Made by a program: the position numbers and the translations under genes
NCBI GenBank assembly: GCA_964016885.1
Contig: OZ024761.1
Span: forward strand, 10,354,001-10,418,000
Direction: 5' to 3'
Length of the DNA: 64,000 bases
Origin: Eledone cirrhosa
Lineage: Eukaryota
The notes under the pieces: generated by a model
What the model saw: the letters and a program-made list of their open reading frames with translations, nothing else
Told to the model about the DNA's origin: nothing
The model's database searches: none
Part shown: positions 46,351 through 64,000 of the stretch, piece after piece
Layout of the letters: each line of letters starts with the position of its first letter
Numbering within the stretch: the stretch's first letter is position 1

Positions 46351-46620
46351 CGTGTGTATGTGTTGTTTTAAACAAATGACAACTGTTACATATTCATATC
46401 GATTAAAAAGATGAAAATTCATTTCGTTAGAAAATGCGATTTAAGACATTAGAATACACTAGATATTCTGTTTTTTGTGGACAGAGGAAGAGAGGGCAGG
46501 ATATAGATACATATAGAGATCTACTGGTTTTTTATTTAGAGAAAATGGTAAATATATCAATACTATTTTTAACGGAAATTAAGAGGTGTTTATAAAAACA
46601 GAAACGTCAACACTCACCAT
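43188..46620 (-). CDS. TMEM167: Protein kish (TMEM167), 72 aa, 4 exons
   Basis: Exons 46618-46620 (ATG only), 45332-45441, 44650-44684, 43188-43258; all GT-AG, 219 nt. [72 protein letters not shown], closely matching kish-A. Confidence 0.96.
43730..43935 (+). mobile_element. R4/Dong-like non-LTR element, restriction-like endonuclease C-terminal fragment
   Basis: [29 protein letters not shown]...IQKIAL.GTAHI motif; lies in kish intron 3. Confidence 0.7.
44840..45250. repeat. ~31-bp minisatellite in kish intron 2
   Basis: Unit GGCTCAAACAGTGATGGTTTAAACTTGTGCT. Confidence 0.85.
45775..45945. mobile_element. (TA)n-inserted foldback element with hammerhead 3' half
   Basis: GAAAC-GG..GAGCTC..CC-GTC-GGGGTC at 45900-45928; GTACTCAATA at 45821-30. 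Related copies at 48699-48750(-), 50443-50565(+), 55245-55360(+). Confidence 0.6.
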
Positions 46621-47369
46621 TTTCGCCGACGTGTTTGGCCAGCTGAGATTAAATGCAACGACGTCGGCGATTGGTCAAACGTATTAACCAATCGGTGCCC
46701 GTCTTTTTCTAAGCAAGTCGGTGATGGTGGAACGGGAGAGTTAGCCATTTCTAGTAACTTGAATAACCAGATATTTTTGTTTACGAACGAAATATCTAAA
46801 AAATACGGCTCAGTCATGACTATCCCACCAGTGCTCTGCGGTCATAGGCTATCATAGATTATATTATTTTTTTGTGTCATTCCGTTTCTCTTTGTTTTAA
46901 AAGATGGAAGGGCGTGATTTAAAAGTCTTGTGGCTGCTATTTCGAGCGGTTAGAACGCCGAGTGTGTTGTTTAGCCACAGGTCAGCCCTTATCGAACGGA
47001 CTTGTAATCAAAGAATATTCCAGTCATGACCATTCCAGCTTCTTATTCAGACATAGTTTATCTGGGACTACATTACCTAATGTACCCATTTTTTAGGGGT
47101 TTTTTTTTTTTACCTAAAGATGGTAGGTTAAGATTCGAGGGAGCTGCTATTTCTAGCAGATCGAGCCACTACCTAGAGACCCCCACTCGAATCCGCTCTT
47201 ATTTAGCCTCCACATCGACGTGGATCAAACAGACCTATGATCAACGTGCTTCCAACCGTGACCATCCACCTTAGACTACACTTCAATGTAACATTCTTAT
47301 TGTTATATTAAGTGGTTCTTAACTGAGATGGCCAGTCACAGTAACGAACTGTACGGTCTATTAGGGATC

Positions 47370-47755
47370 ACGGTTAGATTTAGGGTTAGTGGTTAAGGAC
47401 GTGTTACAAGTTAGGAATTGAGATATGGTTTATGGTTTGGTATTAGAGATAACTAGGGTTTATAGTTAAAAATTAGTTATTAAGGCTGGGTTTAAAGGAT
47501 AACATTTGGGCTTAGGGTTCGAGGTTAGTTATTAGTGTTGGGTTTAAGGTTTAATTTTAGGGATTAAGATAAGAATTTGGGCTTGAGGTTACAGTTCAGT
47601 TTAGGGATAGGGAGTAAGGATTATGATCAAAAGGTTAGAGATTAGAGTTAGAAATTATAATTTGATATCGGGGTTTGTTCAGAGCTAGAAGTTGGAAATT
47701 ATGGTTGGGTTTAGGGTTAGAAGTTAAGGATTAAGATGGAATTAAGGGGTTAGAT
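47370..47755 (+). repeat. Degenerate TTAGGG-like tract
   Basis: Repeated TTAGGGTTAG/GGGTTTAAGG variants. Confidence 0.65.
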
Positions 47756-47759
47756 CTCA

Positions 47760-48330
47760 AGGATCACTCGCAACCTTACCGCGTGTGATGGCGAAGTTAA
47801 GGCGCTGAAATAACCGGGTACCCTTACGTGTATCACCTGACACCTCGTTAAGGGAAGCCGCTAACGGTGACAAGAACTTCGCTGTCAGCGGCCTAACTCC
47901 ATCAAACGTTTCGAACGCCACAGGCTGGAAAAACTGGAAGTTCCCAATACTTCAGGATTTTATTCATCACATTTACCACAGCATCCATGATGTGGGAGGG
48001 AGCAAAAGAGTCACTGACTGTGACGTCCCAGATGAGGCATCTGCGCCTTACCCAGTGACAAATGGTAAGACCATTCTGGATAATCCAGCCGGCTCTAGAA
48101 CTGAGGGGATATTTACCCGAGCTAGGACCCACTTAATGATCAGGTTTAGCTAGGTGTGACGGGCAAAGTGACTAGTATTCCGACAACAGGATTAATCATG
48201 GAGGCCTGTGGAGTAGAGCGGCCAGCCCCAGCAATATCTCAGACCCACACGGAGAGCAATGAAGATGCGGAGCTCGTCCAGACTGAGAAGACCACTAATT
48301 TTGTGCTTGCAGAAAGTAGGTGCCACCTTG
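47760..48330 (-). mobile_element. Decayed CRE/NeSL-like non-LTR element (RLE domain)
   Basis: NGLTICHWVRRRCLIWDVTVSDSFAPSH...KILKY..AFETF matches the RPDG..PW..G..L.WDVTV.D RLE motif. Confidence 0.65.
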
Positions 48331-48873
48331 AAAACTGATCAGATAGATCGAAGAGATAGTTGGATGGATTATAAAGTGGAATGTAGATAACTATGTGGTA
48401 CCATTGAAGATATATATAGGAAATCAGTGACAAGTTAGTTGAGATTTCCTATTTAGATCCGTAAAGTGAACGATACATCAATATATAAAAGTTAGTAGTT
48501 TTTGTTTAGTTTGTTTTTAAGAGGTGGTAGGGGTGAATCAGGGATACACACACTAAACAAACATCAACGACGGATTAACTCAGGTCATAAGACTGTTGGA
48601 GATGGGTTAAATTACACGCACCTACATACGTACACATACATACATACCTCCATATACACATTTATGTTTACATGCATATAATATATATATGTATATATAG
48701 GAAAAAGTATGACCCCGACGGCAGAGCTCAAGCCGTTTCGACGGCTATTTCACACACACATATATATTTCACACACACACACCCATATTTATACACATAC
48801 GTATACATACATTGAAATACACACATCCATTGACACATACATACACATAGCTACACTACGTGCTGCCAGAGAG

Positions 48874-48890
48874 ATCACGTGACCGCCAAT
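48874..48890 (+). promoter_or_regulatory. Candidate CTR9 proximal promoter: E-box ATCACGTGAC followed by CCAAT
   Basis: TCACGTGA 48875-82 and CCAAT 48886-90, ~90 nt upstream of the ATG. Motif match only. Confidence 0.4.
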
Positions 48891-48971
48891 GTTTTTCTAT
48901 TTTCTGATCTCTGTAGATTGGAGAGCTCCCCCAGTGTGAGTTCACTGTAATTCATTGTTCAATCATTGGAC

Positions 48972-63616
<14,645 letters not shown>

Positions 63617-63807
63617 GTAAGTAGTTGTTGTTGTTGTTGTGTGGTCTATAGCAGGCATGTCAAACTGAGGGTCCCCCGAGGGCCACATGGGTCACATATG
63701 TGTTGTTTGAGGGCCACATGAGTCACATTTGTGTTGTCTGAGGGTCACACACAAAACTAATTGTGCATATTACAACTAATTTTTAAAATTTTATATTATG
63801 TATGTAG

Positions 63808-64000
63808 TTAACAGTACACAGTAACACCTGTGTCTTATTACTGTGTAAGTTAACACTACACAGTAACACCTGTGTCTTATTACTGTGTAAGTTAACACTA
63901 CACAGTAAAACCTGTGTCTTATTACTGTGTAAGTTAACACTACACAGTAACACCCATGTCTTATTACTGTGTAAGTTAACATTACACAGTAACATCTGTC
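63808..64000. repeat. 42-bp hairpin-forming minisatellite
   Basis: Unit TGTGTCTTATTACTGTGTAAGTTAACACTACACAGTAACACC with internal inverted TTACTGTGTA/TACACAGTAA. Confidence 0.85.

Overview
AT-rich, intron-containing animal DNA crowded with microsatellites and transposon remnants. The repeat landscape suggests an octopus-like coleoid mollusc (inference). Three spliced genes were reconstructed by hand: LIX1L/lowfat-like (+, 4 coding exons, 18938-24123, 328 aa), kish/TMEM167 (-, 4 exons, 43188-46620, 72 aa, missed by the ORF track) and the 5' part of CTR9 (+, 15 exons from 48972, running off the window). kish and CTR9 are head to head. The first 9.5 kb is a 41/42-bp satellite with a ~3.49-kb higher-order duplication; its long ORFs are repeat artefacts. 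The rest holds minisatellites, SINEs, RTE/R4/CRE/Penelope retroelement fragments, and mariner, piggyBac-like, hAT-like and Helitron non-autonomous elements. The most striking signal is a set of short foldback elements inserted in (TA)n tracts that carry minimal type-I hammerhead ribozyme cores and often a TATTGAGTAC motif. One palindrome has a hammerhead on each strand, and two hammerheads lie sense-oriented downstream of the LIX1L stop codon. All ribozyme folds were paired by eye.
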